Shown here piece by piece: positions 30,332 through 40,004 of a stretch of 64,000 bases of DNA. The notes under the pieces were generated by a model. The model was not told where the DNA came from. It did not search any database and worked only from the letters and a program-made list of their open reading frames with translations. Each line of letters begins with the position of its first letter. The first letter of the stretch is position 1. The translations under genes and the position numbers were made by a program. This DNA is from a phage, in sequence record OZ413489.1; one strand, written 5' to 3'.

Positions 30332-30634
30332 ATGAAACGTTATAAACCATACACTTTTGAAATCGATTTCGAACTTGACGATATGTTTACTGTGGAAGCT
30401 CAGGCAGTAGTTCAGTTGCCAGATCCGGAGTGCCGGGATTCTGATGTTGACTGTTACGGATTTAGACAAATCACCGATGTGCATGTTTACCACAACGGTG
30501 AAGAGGTGGACTTCCACCAACTGCCAAACGATATGCGCCACTCAATTTACAAACGTGCAGCCCGTGAACTAGAGTCCTATCTGGATGCAGCGACGACAGC
30601 AGCTGCATTTGCTGAAGAAGTGGGAGGTTTCTGA
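30332..30634 (+). CDS. Hypothetical protein
   Basis: 100 aa; RBS aaggaag. Confidence 0.45.
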   Translation: MKRYKPYTFEIDFELDDMFTVEAQAVVQLPDPECRDSDVDCYGFRQITDVHVYHNGEEVDFHQLPNDMRHSIYKRAARELESYLDAATTAAAFAEEVGGF

Positions 30635-31029
30635 TGATTACAGGTGTGAAGATTATCCAATACCACTTAACCAAATTGGAAGATGCTGAAAAAGAGCTTG
30701 CAGAAGTTCTGAATAGTGGATATACTTTACTATCATGCGCCTGCTCAGACACATACGCTGTGTGGACACTTATCCGGAAGGAAGAGCCTGCGTGGATCTT
30801 GGTGCCAAACCCTAAGATCATTAGTGAGGTGGATGACTACGCTCAGGACGGCCTGCCAGAAGGCTGGGAAGTATGGGAAGGTGGTGAAAACCCTGCACCA
30901 GGTAAGTGGGTAAAATACAAACTACGTAGCGGTGCACAGTACGCTGACTACTCTGATGACCTGGACTGGAGTCATTCTTCACCAGGATCATCTGCAAGTT
31001 CATATGATATCGTAGCTTTTCAGGAATAA
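30634..31029 (+). CDS. Hypothetical protein
   Basis: 131 aa; coupled start. Confidence 0.45.
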   Translation: MITGVKIIQYHLTKLEDAEKELAEVLNSGYTLLSCACSDTYAVWTLIRKEEPAWILVPNPKIISEVDDYAQDGLPEGWEVWEGGENPAPGKWVKYKLRSGAQYADYSDDLDWSHSSPGSSASSYDIVAFQE

Positions 31030-31041
31030 GGAGAAGAAGGT

Positions 31042-31524
31042 ATGTCAGATTTTATGTGGAAAGTAGGTTACGCAACCCCTGAAATGTGTGAGGCTTGCTT
31101 TGTTAAAATAGGCCGCGAGGATATCGACAAAGTGATCCTTAAGTTTCGTGATGTGGCTGTAATCGGCAACCGAGTGCTTAAGCACTTAAAGAATCTGAAG
31201 CTCACCAAAAAGAAGTTCTTTGGACTTTTCGAAGAGAAGGTTGATGCTTGGACCCATTGCATTCAGGAAGCTAAATCTCACTACAGTGCCATCGTTACTC
31301 CAGAACGGGTAGCAAAGATGGAAGGATTCATCAACAGCACAGAATTTGAGTGCCTAAAGGCTGCCCTTGATAGCTATCCAAAGTGCCTCAAACACCTTGA
31401 CAAGTATGCAGAAAAGGATGGTGAAATGTATCTCACCCTGGACGCATATTATGAGATGCAAGAAATTTTAAATTTAGATTTGACATTGGTATCCACCGAG
31501 TATACAATAGGTATCCGGGTTTAA
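31042..31524 (+). CDS. Hypothetical protein
   Basis: 160 aa; RBS aaggagaag; terminator follows. Confidence 0.5.
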   Translation: MSDFMWKVGYATPEMCEACFVKIGREDIDKVILKFRDVAVIGNRVLKHLKNLKLTKKKFFGLFEEKVDAWTHCIQEAKSHYSAIVTPERVAKMEGFINSTEFECLKAALDSYPKCLKHLDKYAEKDGEMYLTLDAYYEMQEILNLDLTLVSTEYTIGIRV

Positions 31525-31530
31525 CACTAG

Positions 31531-31557
31531 GCCCTGCCCGAAAGGGTGGGGCTTTTT
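31531..31557 (+). terminator. Rho-independent terminator (repeated hairpin, copy 1)
   Basis: gccctgcccgaaagggtggggc + ttttt; the same hairpin recurs at 42528. Confidence 0.65.
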
Positions 31558-32340
31558 GCATTAGGAGACAGCAAATTGAAATTTATCTACAAAGAACACT
31601 ACCACAAAGGTGTTGTGTGGAGTCTATTTGACGGGTCTGGTGGTGCAGTCATTGACTGGGCAAAAGCTGGGTACCTGTGCCTGTGCTTTAATGCAGAAGG
31701 TGCTGATCACGGCAGTTATGCAGAGGTTATAACCGATCATCCCAACATTCACTATGTGGATTATTGGATTGACCCATGGTTCCCTCAGGAAACTTTTTGC
31801 ATGTACCCAGCTCCAGACTTTATTCTTGCATTTCCTCCGTGCACGCATTTAGCGGTATCAGGTGCTGCACATTTTAAGAAAAAGCTGGCTAAGGACCCCA
31901 TGATCCAAATTAATGCTGTAAAGGATGCTCGGGTTGCGGAAGAGCTGGGAGAGATTTACGATTGCCCGTGGCATGTAGAGAATCCTGTGGGTGTTATGTC
32001 CACACTGTGGCGTAAACCTGATTACCGTTTTCATCCTTCTGACTATGGTGGGTATTTACCGGAGGATGATGTAAACCCTTGGTTTCCTGAATTTATAGCT
32101 CCACGTGATGCCTATCCAAAAATAACTTGCGGCTGGATAGGTAATGGATTTATAATCCCGCCCACAAAACCTGTCCCGCAAATAGTTGACGCGGTTAGCG
32201 GGTATTCCATGCAACACGCCAAGCTGGGTGGAAAGAGTGCAAGAACGAAGATGATTCGAAGCCTCACACCACGTGGCTGGGCAAAAGCCGTATTCTTAGC
32301 AAACGAGCCTGTAGTAAGGAGCAGAATTAATGGGAAGTAA
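31546..32340 (+). CDS. DNA (cytosine-5)-methyltransferase
   Basis: About 260 aa; motif I LFDGSGG, motif IV FPPC (catalytic PC), motif VI HVENPVG (ENV). Track start at 31546 lies in the terminator hairpin; a TTG at 31576 after RBS aggaga is the more likely start. Confidence 0.7.
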   Translation: MGLFALGDSKLKFIYKEHYHKGVVWSLFDGSGGAVIDWAKAGYLCLCFNAEGADHGSYAEVITDHPNIHYVDYWIDPWFPQETFCMYPAPDFILAFPPCTHLAVSGAAHFKKKLAKDPMIQINAVKDARVAEELGEIYDCPWHVENPVGVMSTLWRKPDYRFHPSDYGGYLPEDDVNPWFPEFIAPRDAYPKITCGWIGNGFIIPPTKPVPQIVDAVSGYSMQHAKLGGKSARTKMIRSLTPRGWAKAVFLANEPVVRSRINGK

Positions 32341-34408
32341 ATTTATGGCATCTGCATACAACCGTTTCGGTGAGCCAAACCCGAAAGCAACTAAGTATAA
32401 AAGTGGGGGAAGTGTGAAACGAGACTATCGTGATGAAAAAGAGATTGAAACTGTAGAGACTGTTTTAGAAAATACTAAAATCGTCCCTGTCCCACAACAA
32501 AATATCGGTCTGATGGCTGCACAATATTTTGGTGTGCGATCAGCATTGTCCCAAGAAGACGGTGTGACAGTTACTGCAACATATTTCCCATATTACGACC
32601 GCTACGGGAATCTGTCCGGTTTCAAAAAGCGTGACTGGACGATTCCTAAAGAGCAAAGGGGCCATTTCTCCGTTGTTGGCATAGTAAAGGCCAACTCCCA
32701 GATGTTTGGTCAAAAGCTGTGTGCATCTTCCAACAACCGTAAGCAGATTAACGTTTGTGAGGGGGAAGGTGATGTTATTGCAGCATGGCAGGCTGCATAT
32801 CAGATACAAGTAAAAGGGATTCTCACCAACGCTAAAGCCCCGGCAAAGGTGAAGCAGTGGGCTAAAGAAGTCCAGGACGGGATCGATGCAGTTATCAACG
32901 GTGGTGATCTGGCAGGAAAACCATGCCTGCCTTTTGTTGGAATTAACTGTGGATGTGCAAACGCAGTAGATACTTTTGCAAACAATGAGAAGTTTATCCG
33001 TAGCTATGGAACAGTTGTGCTGGCAATGGATAACGATGCAGCTAACGAGGTAGAGAAGCAAAAACACGTCATTAAAGGTGTTGAGGCCACGCACAATATC
33101 GCAGCATTTTTGATGGCTGATAACGTTTACCACGTAGAATACCCTGGTGAAGTAAACGACCCTGACGGTGTAAAAGATATCCGAGACATGCTGAAGGCTA
33201 AAAAGCTGGAAGATATTGTCAACATGTTCCGGCATCCTGTTAAATATGTGCCTGATGCGGTGTCGGATTTAGAAGACTTCTCTATCGAGTCTTTGCGGAA
33301 AAAGACTTCCAACGGGGTAGATATCAGCGCAGAGTTCCCAAAACTGCAAAAAATGCTAAAAGGCTTGCACAAAGGGACACTCGTAATGCTTACAGGTCCA
33401 TCAGGTGGCGGTAAAACAACCGTAGCTAAAAAACTGGAACACTGTATTGCAAGATACCTAATGGACCCGACATGCCCGAAGGCTGATGACTATGAAGAGG
33501 ATGATCGTCTATGTATGATCCATCTTGAGGAGGACCCAGAGGAAGCAATTAACTCCTTGTATGCAAACCAGTTAGGGTTTGATGTTAAAGAGTTTGTTGA
33601 AGATCCTAGCCAGTTTTTAACTGATCAAGAACACGCAGAGATTCACCAATCATGGGCAAAAGCTGGAAAAATCAAAGTGTTCAAACATTTCGGGTCTATT
33701 CCGGTGGATGAGTTGATTACCAAGCTTAAGCAAATGGTTTGCCTGTACCATTGCCGTTATATTGTGCTGGATCACCTGTCCATGGTAATTTCAGGGCTTA
33801 ATGTTAAGGATGAGCGAAAAGAACTGGACATGGCTATGACTCAGCTGGCTGCGTTTTGTAAGCAGTTTAACGTGTTTATCTTGGTGATCGCTCACCTCAA
33901 ACGTACAGAGATTGTGCCTCCTAAGGACAAGGATGGTAACCCGTTACCTTTCTGGTATCCTGTGCGAAAAGAGAATTTGCGAGGATCGGCGGGGCTTGAA
34001 CAGTTGAGTTGGGTAGTCATAGGTGTCGAGGCCGAAGAAATGGTGGATCGTTCTCGTGGACGTGTCCGTCTGGTAGGTCTTAAAAACCGTCCAGCAAAAA
34101 CTCTAGGTATTGCTGACACTTTGGTTATGGACCCGCACACAGGTAAGTTCCATGATGCCAGTAATTGGTACTGGGACAAAGAAATGCAGATGTTTACAGA
34201 CGGAGAAGGTGGGGAGGTTGTTTGGAGACCTCAGGCCATGTTTGAGGACCAAGAGCATGCAGTTGTAGAAACACCTATGGGCAAGGTTGTAGCCGATAAG
34301 GTTGTAACTCCTACTATTAAGCCTGTTGACACGCAGGAAGACCTCCAGTACGATGATCCATCCTCTGATCCGGTCCCCGGTTTTGAGGATGATGAAACAC
34401 CTTTTTAA
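32330..34408 (+). CDS. Primase-helicase (TOPRIM + DnaB-like)
   Basis: 692 aa; TOPRIM-like VLAMDNDAANE; Walker A LTGPSGGGKTT; Walker B-like VLDHLS in the C-terminal half. Confidence 0.8.
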   Translation: MGSKFMASAYNRFGEPNPKATKYKSGGSVKRDYRDEKEIETVETVLENTKIVPVPQQNIGLMAAQYFGVRSALSQEDGVTVTATYFPYYDRYGNLSGFKKRDWTIPKEQRGHFSVVGIVKANSQMFGQKLCASSNNRKQINVCEGEGDVIAAWQAAYQIQVKGILTNAKAPAKVKQWAKEVQDGIDAVINGGDLAGKPCLPFVGINCGCANAVDTFANNEKFIRSYGTVVLAMDNDAANEVEKQKHVIKGVEATHNIAAFLMADNVYHVEYPGEVNDPDGVKDIRDMLKAKKLEDIVNMFRHPVKYVPDAVSDLEDFSIESLRKKTSNGVDISAEFPKLQKMLKGLHKGTLVMLTGPSGGGKTTVAKKLEHCIARYLMDPTCPKADDYEEDDRLCMIHLEEDPEEAINSLYANQLGFDVKEFVEDPSQFLTDQEHAEIHQSWAKAGKIKVFKHFGSIPVDELITKLKQMVCLYHCRYIVLDHLSMVISGLNVKDERKELDMAMTQLAAFCKQFNVFILVIAHLKRTEIVPPKDKDGNPLPFWYPVRKENLRGSAGLEQLSWVVIGVEAEEMVDRSRGRVRLVGLKNRPAKTLGIADTLVMDPHTGKFHDASNWYWDKEMQMFTDGEGGEVVWRPQAMFEDQEHAVVETPMGKVVADKVVTPTIKPVDTQEDLQYDDPSSDPVPGFEDDETPF

Positions 34409-34423
34409 TGTTTAACAAAGAGT

Positions 34424-34452
34424 GGGAGGGGTAGTACAACCGCCTCCCCTTT
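34424..34452 (+). terminator. Possible weak terminator / hairpin
   Basis: gggagg...cctccc hairpin followed by a short T run; weak. Confidence 0.3.
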
Positions 34453-34466
34453 AAGGAGAACTGTAT

Positions 34467-36896
34467 ATGAGCATGTGGTCGTTCGACTTTGAGTCATCCG
34501 GTTTGCTGGAAGACCCAGATCTTTATTATCACTGCGGCCTGTTTAAAGAGCTGAATAAGAACCGTTTTATGCTGTTCCTTCCTCTAAATGACCGCACACA
34601 CTACTCCGAGGAGGATATAGAAAAGGCTAAGAACTTCATTCTGGCAAAGAAAACTCTTTATAAAGATTTTGAAGTTCGCATAGCAGATTTTTCAGAGTTG
34701 GAAGGTTGGCTTACAGGAAATTCTGACTGGTCACCAACAGCTTTGAACTGCCATAACTGCTACAGTTATGACTTTATGCTGATGGAAAGATTATCTGGTA
34801 TTCATTTTGATATGTTCCGTGATCCTAAATGTATGGGGACTATCAACGATCACCAGGTTAACCTGTTTGATACGTTGGCGATGAGCCGAATCTTGTGGCC
34901 TGATCGCCCTTTACCAAAAGGTTGTCCGGACTCTGTATTCAACCCGGTTACTAAGAAAATGCAGCCTGTTGGTCCTCACGGCCTTATGGCATGGGGCTAC
35001 GCCCTTGGTAACCAGAAAGTTCAAATTGATGACTGGCGCGATCTTCCGTTGTGGAAGTATGTGGATCGTGTATTCGAGGACGTTATCATCCAGGAGCTGC
35101 TCTGGAAAGAGCTGGTAGCGGAATCAAAAGGTGTATTCTACGGCAAATCTGACATGCAGAACTTTATGTACGATCCGGCCAAAGAGAAGCCGAAAGGGTT
35201 CAAGAAGATCACCTGGAAGAACGCATTACGTCGAGGCATGCTGCAGCACTTCCTGATGGAGCTGCAGGCCCGTCAGGGTGTATACTTCGACATAGATGGA
35301 GCTATTGCTTTACGTGACCGTTGCGATGCGTGGATGAAAGAAATCGCTGATCGTGTTGAACCACAACTACCTTTAAAAGAGCTGTCAATGTCTCAGCGGC
35401 CCAAGTTCCCTGAAAAGCCGTTTAACCAAGACGGGACAATCTCTAATAATGGTTGGAAATGGTTAAAAGATAAGCTTGGCTATCCTGTAGACATGAGTGC
35501 TTTAGAGTTCAAAGCCCTGCCTAAGCGAGCATTTACCTCTACAGGAGATGTCAGCAAGATGGGGATAAAATGGTGTGAAGAGATGGGCTGCAAAGACCCC
35601 GATAAGATGGCTGATTTCTTGAGAGGCTATATTAAGGGCACCTCCACACCACAACCCTTACCTAAAGAGCTGATGGATCAGGCAATAAGTGATCTGCAGC
35701 AGAAGCGAATGCCTGACTGCAAGATACCTATGAAAATCAGCAATCAGGACGACATCAAGCGATACCTAATCAGTGCTGGTTGGCTCCCAACAATGTGGAG
35801 AACTAAAGATGTAACTAAAGACAGCAAGAAGAAAGCTTTACCTGATGCAGATGTTGATGCACGAGTATATGCATATATGGACGAGCTTTTGGAGTCAGAG
35901 TATTGTGACCTAATTATCAACTTCTGGAACAAAACTGATGCTAAGTTCCAGACAACCGTGCACAAGTTCCGAAGCTTTCCTAACTCCGAAAGGATTAAAA
36001 AGGAAGTATTCGGGAAAATACGTAGAAAAGCCAGGGCACTTATTACTTCTCCGCAACTGAAAGATACGTTTGGACACCTATGCCCAAATCTTGAAAAATT
36101 GAACGGAGAGATGGCTAAAGATATCGTCTTGTGGTTATCATTGCGAAACCGCAGATCGGTCCTTGATCCAATCAAGGAGGATAAGGTTGATACTGGTCTT
36201 CTTAATCACCCACGTTTGAAGATTGACCATAAGCTTCCTGCTAAAAGCTCTGGATTAACAAACACTTCCAGACAGAAACACAGTATTTGTGCAAACATGC
36301 CTAAACCATCTCCTAAAGTAGTTATGGGTAAAGAGATGCGTAGTCTGTGGGGTGTTCCTCCAGGATACTTTGAGATCGGTATTGACGGGTCCAACTTAGA
36401 GCAGCTCATCGGGGCTTGGGGTGCCTTTGAGTTCGACAACGGCTTGTATTATGATGTTGTAAGTAACGGAGACGCACACCAAAACAATGCTGAGGCATAT
36501 ACAAAAGTGGCAGGCAGAGAGGTGTCCCGTAACGACGGTAAACCTATCACGTATGGGGTTATGTACGGGGCACAAAAAGATAAAGTTGCAGATATGCTGG
36601 ACATCTCCCCAGAGTTGGGACAAAGGGTAATCGATGCACTCTGGGATGCCAACCCAGGTCTTAAGGGGCGCAAAGAGGATCTGGAGAAATTCTGGGAAGC
36701 AACAGGTAAGAAGTTTATCTACTCTTTTGATGGTCATGCTATCTGGACCCGATCTAAACACTCTTTACTTAATGCATACCAACAAAATGGCGGTGCATCG
36801 TTGTGTGACTTAGTTGGAATACTCATGCACCACCAGATGGTGAAGCGTGGGTGGTACGATGAAGGTGTTCGTCGTATTATTTATTACCATAAATAA
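34467..36896 (+). CDS. Family A DNA polymerase
   Basis: 809 aa; RBS aaggagaac; exonuclease-like segment (LFDTLAMSR); palm motifs DGSNLEQL (motif A-like) and KPITYGVMYG (motif B-like). Confidence 0.8.
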   Translation: MSMWSFDFESSGLLEDPDLYYHCGLFKELNKNRFMLFLPLNDRTHYSEEDIEKAKNFILAKKTLYKDFEVRIADFSELEGWLTGNSDWSPTALNCHNCYSYDFMLMERLSGIHFDMFRDPKCMGTINDHQVNLFDTLAMSRILWPDRPLPKGCPDSVFNPVTKKMQPVGPHGLMAWGYALGNQKVQIDDWRDLPLWKYVDRVFEDVIIQELLWKELVAESKGVFYGKSDMQNFMYDPAKEKPKGFKKITWKNALRRGMLQHFLMELQARQGVYFDIDGAIALRDRCDAWMKEIADRVEPQLPLKELSMSQRPKFPEKPFNQDGTISNNGWKWLKDKLGYPVDMSALEFKALPKRAFTSTGDVSKMGIKWCEEMGCKDPDKMADFLRGYIKGTSTPQPLPKELMDQAISDLQQKRMPDCKIPMKISNQDDIKRYLISAGWLPTMWRTKDVTKDSKKKALPDADVDARVYAYMDELLESEYCDLIINFWNKTDAKFQTTVHKFRSFPNSERIKKEVFGKIRRKARALITSPQLKDTFGHLCPNLEKLNGEMAKDIVLWLSLRNRRSVLDPIKEDKVDTGLLNHPRLKIDHKLPAKSSGLTNTSRQKHSICANMPKPSPKVVMGKEMRSLWGVPPGYFEIGIDGSNLEQLIGAWGAFEFDNGLYYDVVSNGDAHQNNAEAYTKVAGREVSRNDGKPITYGVMYGAQKDKVADMLDISPELGQRVIDALWDANPGLKGRKEDLEKFWEATGKKFIYSFDGHAIWTRSKHSLLNAYQQNGGASLCDLVGILMHHQMVKRGWYDEGVRRIIYYHK

Positions 36897-37163
36897 CATT
36901 GTGGCTTCATAGAGTAATCTATGTCGAATAACCTCTTTAACTGCGGGAAGCCTAAACCTTATGGCAAGGTAATCCGCAACGAAGCGCTCAAAAGAGCGAA
37001 CGCTCAGAGGCCATTCCGAAAGGAAGTAGACCAGCAAGTGCGGTCGAAATGGGAGGATTCCTGTGGTTGCTTATCATAGGAATATGAGATGGTCCGATCC
37101 TACGTGAAAACGTATGGCTATGCACGTAATGGTGCGGGGTAGCTTAACGACCTACCTGAACTA

Positions 37164-37520
37164 TTGGATGAGTACCAACTTCAAGTGCCTGACACACCGA
37201 AGTATAAGACTGTGTACACCTTCGACACAATTGAAGAACTGGAAGCATTTAAGGCAGAGCAGGAAGCCAAACTTCATGTGTTCGACGGTCATAAGTACAA
37301 AAAGGCACGCAAGGATGAGGACGGAAACGAAGTGGTTGACAGAGACGGAAACACGGTGTACGATCCTATCCTGAACGATGACGGAAAGCTTGAACTTATC
37401 TGGAGCCCTGTGGGTGAAATGGTGGTACATTGCTTCTGGCAAGCTTCTAAAATGATGGGAGTCCCGTTCCAGATCACAGGTGAATACTTGTGTGGTCGTA
37501 ATTGGGGTGATTGTCACTAA
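37164..37520 (+). CDS. Hypothetical acidic protein
   Basis: 118 aa; TTG start in the track with a weak RBS, start uncertain; preferred over the overlapping 37114-37374 frame on composition. Confidence 0.4.
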   Translation: MDEYQLQVPDTPKYKTVYTFDTIEELEAFKAEQEAKLHVFDGHKYKKARKDEDGNEVVDRDGNTVYDPILNDDGKLELIWSPVGEMVVHCFWQASKMMGVPFQITGEYLCGRNWGDCH

Positions 37521-37569
37521 TGTAAACTATCAACACATGGAAGTGTTGTTGAGCAAAGAGGAGACTTTT

Positions 37570-37854
37570 ATGGTAGTAGAACCAACAAAAACATTTACAT
37601 CCATGACTATCCCTGTTATTATGCAGGTGGAGTGTGTTCAGGTATCTCAAGTGTGGCCTGGCACCAAAATCCCAACAGGGCCTGATTTCTTTCAGGTTGG
37701 GAAAGTGTACAATGTCTGGAAGGCACCAGATTGTTACCCTTTCATTAAAGATGACCGTGGGATGCTGTGGTACCTTGGAAATGACTTGACACTGCACCTT
37801 GGGAATACTATTATTGCAGTATTCAGACTTAACAAGAAGGAGACCGATCAATGA
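37570..37854 (+). CDS. Small protein, KDD-G-x-W paralogue family
   Basis: Track ORF from 37480; strong RBS aagaggag before the in-frame ATG at 37570; motif FIKDDRGMLWYL. Confidence 0.5.
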   Translation: MVVEPTKTFTSMTIPVIMQVECVQVSQVWPGTKIPTGPDFFQVGKVYNVWKAPDCYPFIKDDRGMLWYLGNDLTLHLGNTIIAVFRLNKKETDQ

Positions 37855-38078
37855 CGACTTTGGTTAAAGCTACCTTTGTAGAAGAAAAGATGACAGACCT
37901 GTCATTCTTTAAAGAAGGAAAGACCTACGAGGTTTATTACGATAAAGCTCGTGCAAACAAAATGATTAAAGACGAGGAAGGGGTTGCCTGGTATATCTCT
38001 CACCTGGCAAACGGTGAGTATCATATCTACGGAACCACTTTGCTTGCCAAGTTTGTAGTTGTTGAAGAGGACCTATGA
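37851..38078 (+). CDS. Small protein, KDD-G-x-W paralogue family
   Basis: 75 aa; motif IKDEEGVAWYI; ATGA overlap. Confidence 0.5.
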   Translation: MTTLVKATFVEEKMTDLSFFKEGKTYEVYYDKARANKMIKDEEGVAWYISHLANGEYHIYGTTLLAKFVVVEEDL

Positions 38079-38269
38079 AAGTAAAGTATCTTGCTGAAGG
38101 TATGAATAGGTATTTTACCCTTGGTGAAGAATATTGGCCCTTTACAAACAACGGCGATGTCTACGTGAAAGATAATTTCGGCACGCCGTGGTTTCTGCAC
38201 TCTAATGGGCTGGGATACTCCATTTACTGCGGTGCAGTGAACAACACAACTCTTGCAGAGTTCGTTTAG
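38075..38269 (+). CDS. Small protein, KDD-G-x-W paralogue family
   Basis: 64 aa; motif VKDNFGTPWFL; ATGA overlap. Confidence 0.5.
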   Translation: MKVKYLAEGMNRYFTLGEEYWPFTNNGDVYVKDNFGTPWFLHSNGLGYSIYCGAVNNTTLAEFV

Positions 38270-38279
38270 AGGAGGTAGG

Positions 38280-38651
38280 ATGTTAGTAAAAGGTACCCAC
38301 ACAGTCAAACAACGTATTGAAGTTGAGATTGATGATTGTGAGCTGAAGCATATTTTACGGTCATGCTCCAACGTTTTGCTCCTTAGTATTCTTCAGGAGC
38401 GAGCGGAGAACGAGTTCTTAAATGCATTGGCAGGCCGTCCCGGTGACTTCTGTGTGCGTAAGCGTGGTGACAACAAGTCGTGGTTGTGGGAGATCGATGC
38501 CGACTGGGATTACCACAAAAATGAGGGTATAGATGAGCCTATTCGTGAACTGACGGACAAAGAGATTCAGATGTACAATGAAGTTTGTCATTGGGCAACA
38601 CGCCAACAAATTTACCTAGACCCTGTGTGGCTGATTGAAAATAGTCGTTGA
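38280..38651 (+). CDS. Hypothetical protein
   Basis: Track ORF from 38253; ATG at 38280 after RBS agaggaggtagg. Confidence 0.5.
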   Translation: MLVKGTHTVKQRIEVEIDDCELKHILRSCSNVLLLSILQERAENEFLNALAGRPGDFCVRKRGDNKSWLWEIDADWDYHKNEGIDEPIRELTDKEIQMYNEVCHWATRQQIYLDPVWLIENSR

Positions 38652-38676
38652 CAAGAAGTAAGGCTAGATGTAAGAT
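38648..38676 (+). promoter_or_regulatory. sigma70-type promoter
   Basis: TTGACA-17 bp-TAAGAT upstream of 38728. Confidence 0.55.
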
Positions 38677-38727
38677 ACTCCCCACAAACAGAGTATTGAT
38701 TGTTAAATAATTAAGGAGACCTCTAAG

Positions 38728-38982
38728 ATGAAAATCATGTTGAAACCAGAATGCGTTGCAAACGACCGAGCTTTTAAAGATTGCACACTTGGCGCTACTT
38801 ATGAAGCAGAGTTTTGTGAGAACCCTTTGGTAAAAGCCCTTTTGGAAGAAGGGGCCCCTCTATCACAAGAAGAGCTTGATGAGCTGGAAAACTCAGCACA
38901 GTGCCTTACCTTTAAAGATGATGAAGGAGACTCTGTCTGGTGCACTGTTAATGAAGTAGTTTTTGTAAAACCTGAACATTAA
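38728..38982 (+). CDS. Small protein, KDD-G-x-W paralogue family
   Basis: 84 aa; RBS taaggagac; motif FKDDEGDSVWC. Confidence 0.5.
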   Translation: MKIMLKPECVANDRAFKDCTLGATYEAEFCENPLVKALLEEGAPLSQEELDELENSAQCLTFKDDEGDSVWCTVNEVVFVKPEH

Positions 38983-38985
38983 TAC

Positions 38986-39014
38986 TTGACAACAGTGATG
39001 GGGCCTAATATAAT
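38986..39014 (+). promoter_or_regulatory. sigma70-type promoter
   Basis: TTGACA-17 bp-TATAAT; falls inside the track ORF 38986-39306, which argues for a downstream start. Confidence 0.55.
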
Positions 39015-39045
39015 GGCCCTATCAAAACGAAAGGGGACCACAGCA

Positions 39046-39306
39046 ATGACCAAACAATATCAACGAATTAAAGCCAAGGTTAAGCCAGACTATCTGGAGA
39101 AAGACTCTGCTTTTCGGGACTGCACAGCCGACAAAGTTTACACAGGGGCTGTCCTGTTGAACGATAAACTTGAAGTAGATGTGCTGGGTAAAGAGGCCGT
39201 TATCGAGGATGACAACGGTGACTGGGTTTTCTGCACCACACGAGAGCTAGAAGTCTTAGAATATTTCGGTGAAATCTTCAACTCCTTAGACGACGAGGAA
39301 GCGTGA
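39046..39306 (+). CDS. Small protein, KDD-G-x-W paralogue family
   Basis: ATG at 39046 with RBS aaagggga; motif IEDDNGDWVFC; homologous to 38728-38982. Confidence 0.5.
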   Translation: MTKQYQRIKAKVKPDYLEKDSAFRDCTADKVYTGAVLLNDKLEVDVLGKEAVIEDDNGDWVFCTTRELEVLEYFGEIFNSLDDEEA

Positions 39307-39695
39307 TGAAAAATATTTGGGATATCGATATCTTTGAAGCCTCTAAGCTTGACGGTGCTGATGGAGTGATTATGGTGTCTGATGGCAAGGCAACACTAAC
39401 TTCCGGAGATATCATCTATGCCTTGGACGAGCTGGCGCTTCTGAAATCTACCGGTAACACTTTGGAGGAGCGTCTTCAAGGATTCGCTTTCAAAGAAGGT
39501 ACAAATACAGCCATGATGTGCACCACACGGACAGTTCAGGTTGGTAACGGTGTCTATATGATTATTGCTGTGTGTCCTAAATTCAGCAACGTCAACAAAG
39601 ATGATGCTGACGCGGTCAACGATGTGGTTGTTCTCTTCGTGGGTGACGCTATGGCAGATCTGATGAATGCAGGAGAAGCAGCAAATGAAGACTGA
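39303..39695 (+). CDS. Hypothetical protein
   Basis: 130 aa; ATGA overlap. Confidence 0.45.
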   Translation: MMKNIWDIDIFEASKLDGADGVIMVSDGKATLTSGDIIYALDELALLKSTGNTLEERLQGFAFKEGTNTAMMCTTRTVQVGNGVYMIIAVCPKFSNVNKDDADAVNDVVVLFVGDAMADLMNAGEAANED

Positions 39696-39987
39696 AAACA
39701 TCACCCCAGCAGGGTTCTTAAAAGTATACCGTGAACTGCTATATACTACAGAGGACAGTGTTCTAGAGTATCCAGAATATCTTTTGCTGTATAAGTATCT
39801 GCAGGAGGCTGGTGAAAATCTGCCAGTTAGTGCAGAAGGTGGTCCAAACTGGATATACAGCGCATGGAGAAAGGTTGACATTCTCCCAGACCCAGGTAAA
39901 GATATGGTAGTTTGGCAGCTTATCAACAACATCGGGATTCCAATCTTTGATGAAGCTGTTAAAATCTATTTTGAACTTGACGATTAA
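39685..39987 (+). CDS. Hypothetical protein
   Basis: Track ORF from 39667; ATG at 39685 follows RBS aggagaag. Confidence 0.45.
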   Translation: MKTENITPAGFLKVYRELLYTTEDSVLEYPEYLLLYKYLQEAGENLPVSAEGGPNWIYSAWRKVDILPDPGKDMVVWQLINNIGIPIFDEAVKIYFELDD

Positions 39988-40004
39988 TATCAGGAGACCT
40001 TAAG

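Noticed and set aside
32540-33235. 231-aa minus-strand ORF inside the primase-helicase gene
   Set aside because: Antisense to a gene with clear TOPRIM and Walker motifs; Cys/His-rich odd composition.
37114-37374. 86-aa ORF overlapping 37164-37520 in another frame
   Set aside because: Arg/Cys-rich atypical composition; the overlapping frame gives an acidic protein like its neighbours. Start assignment in this region remains uncertain.
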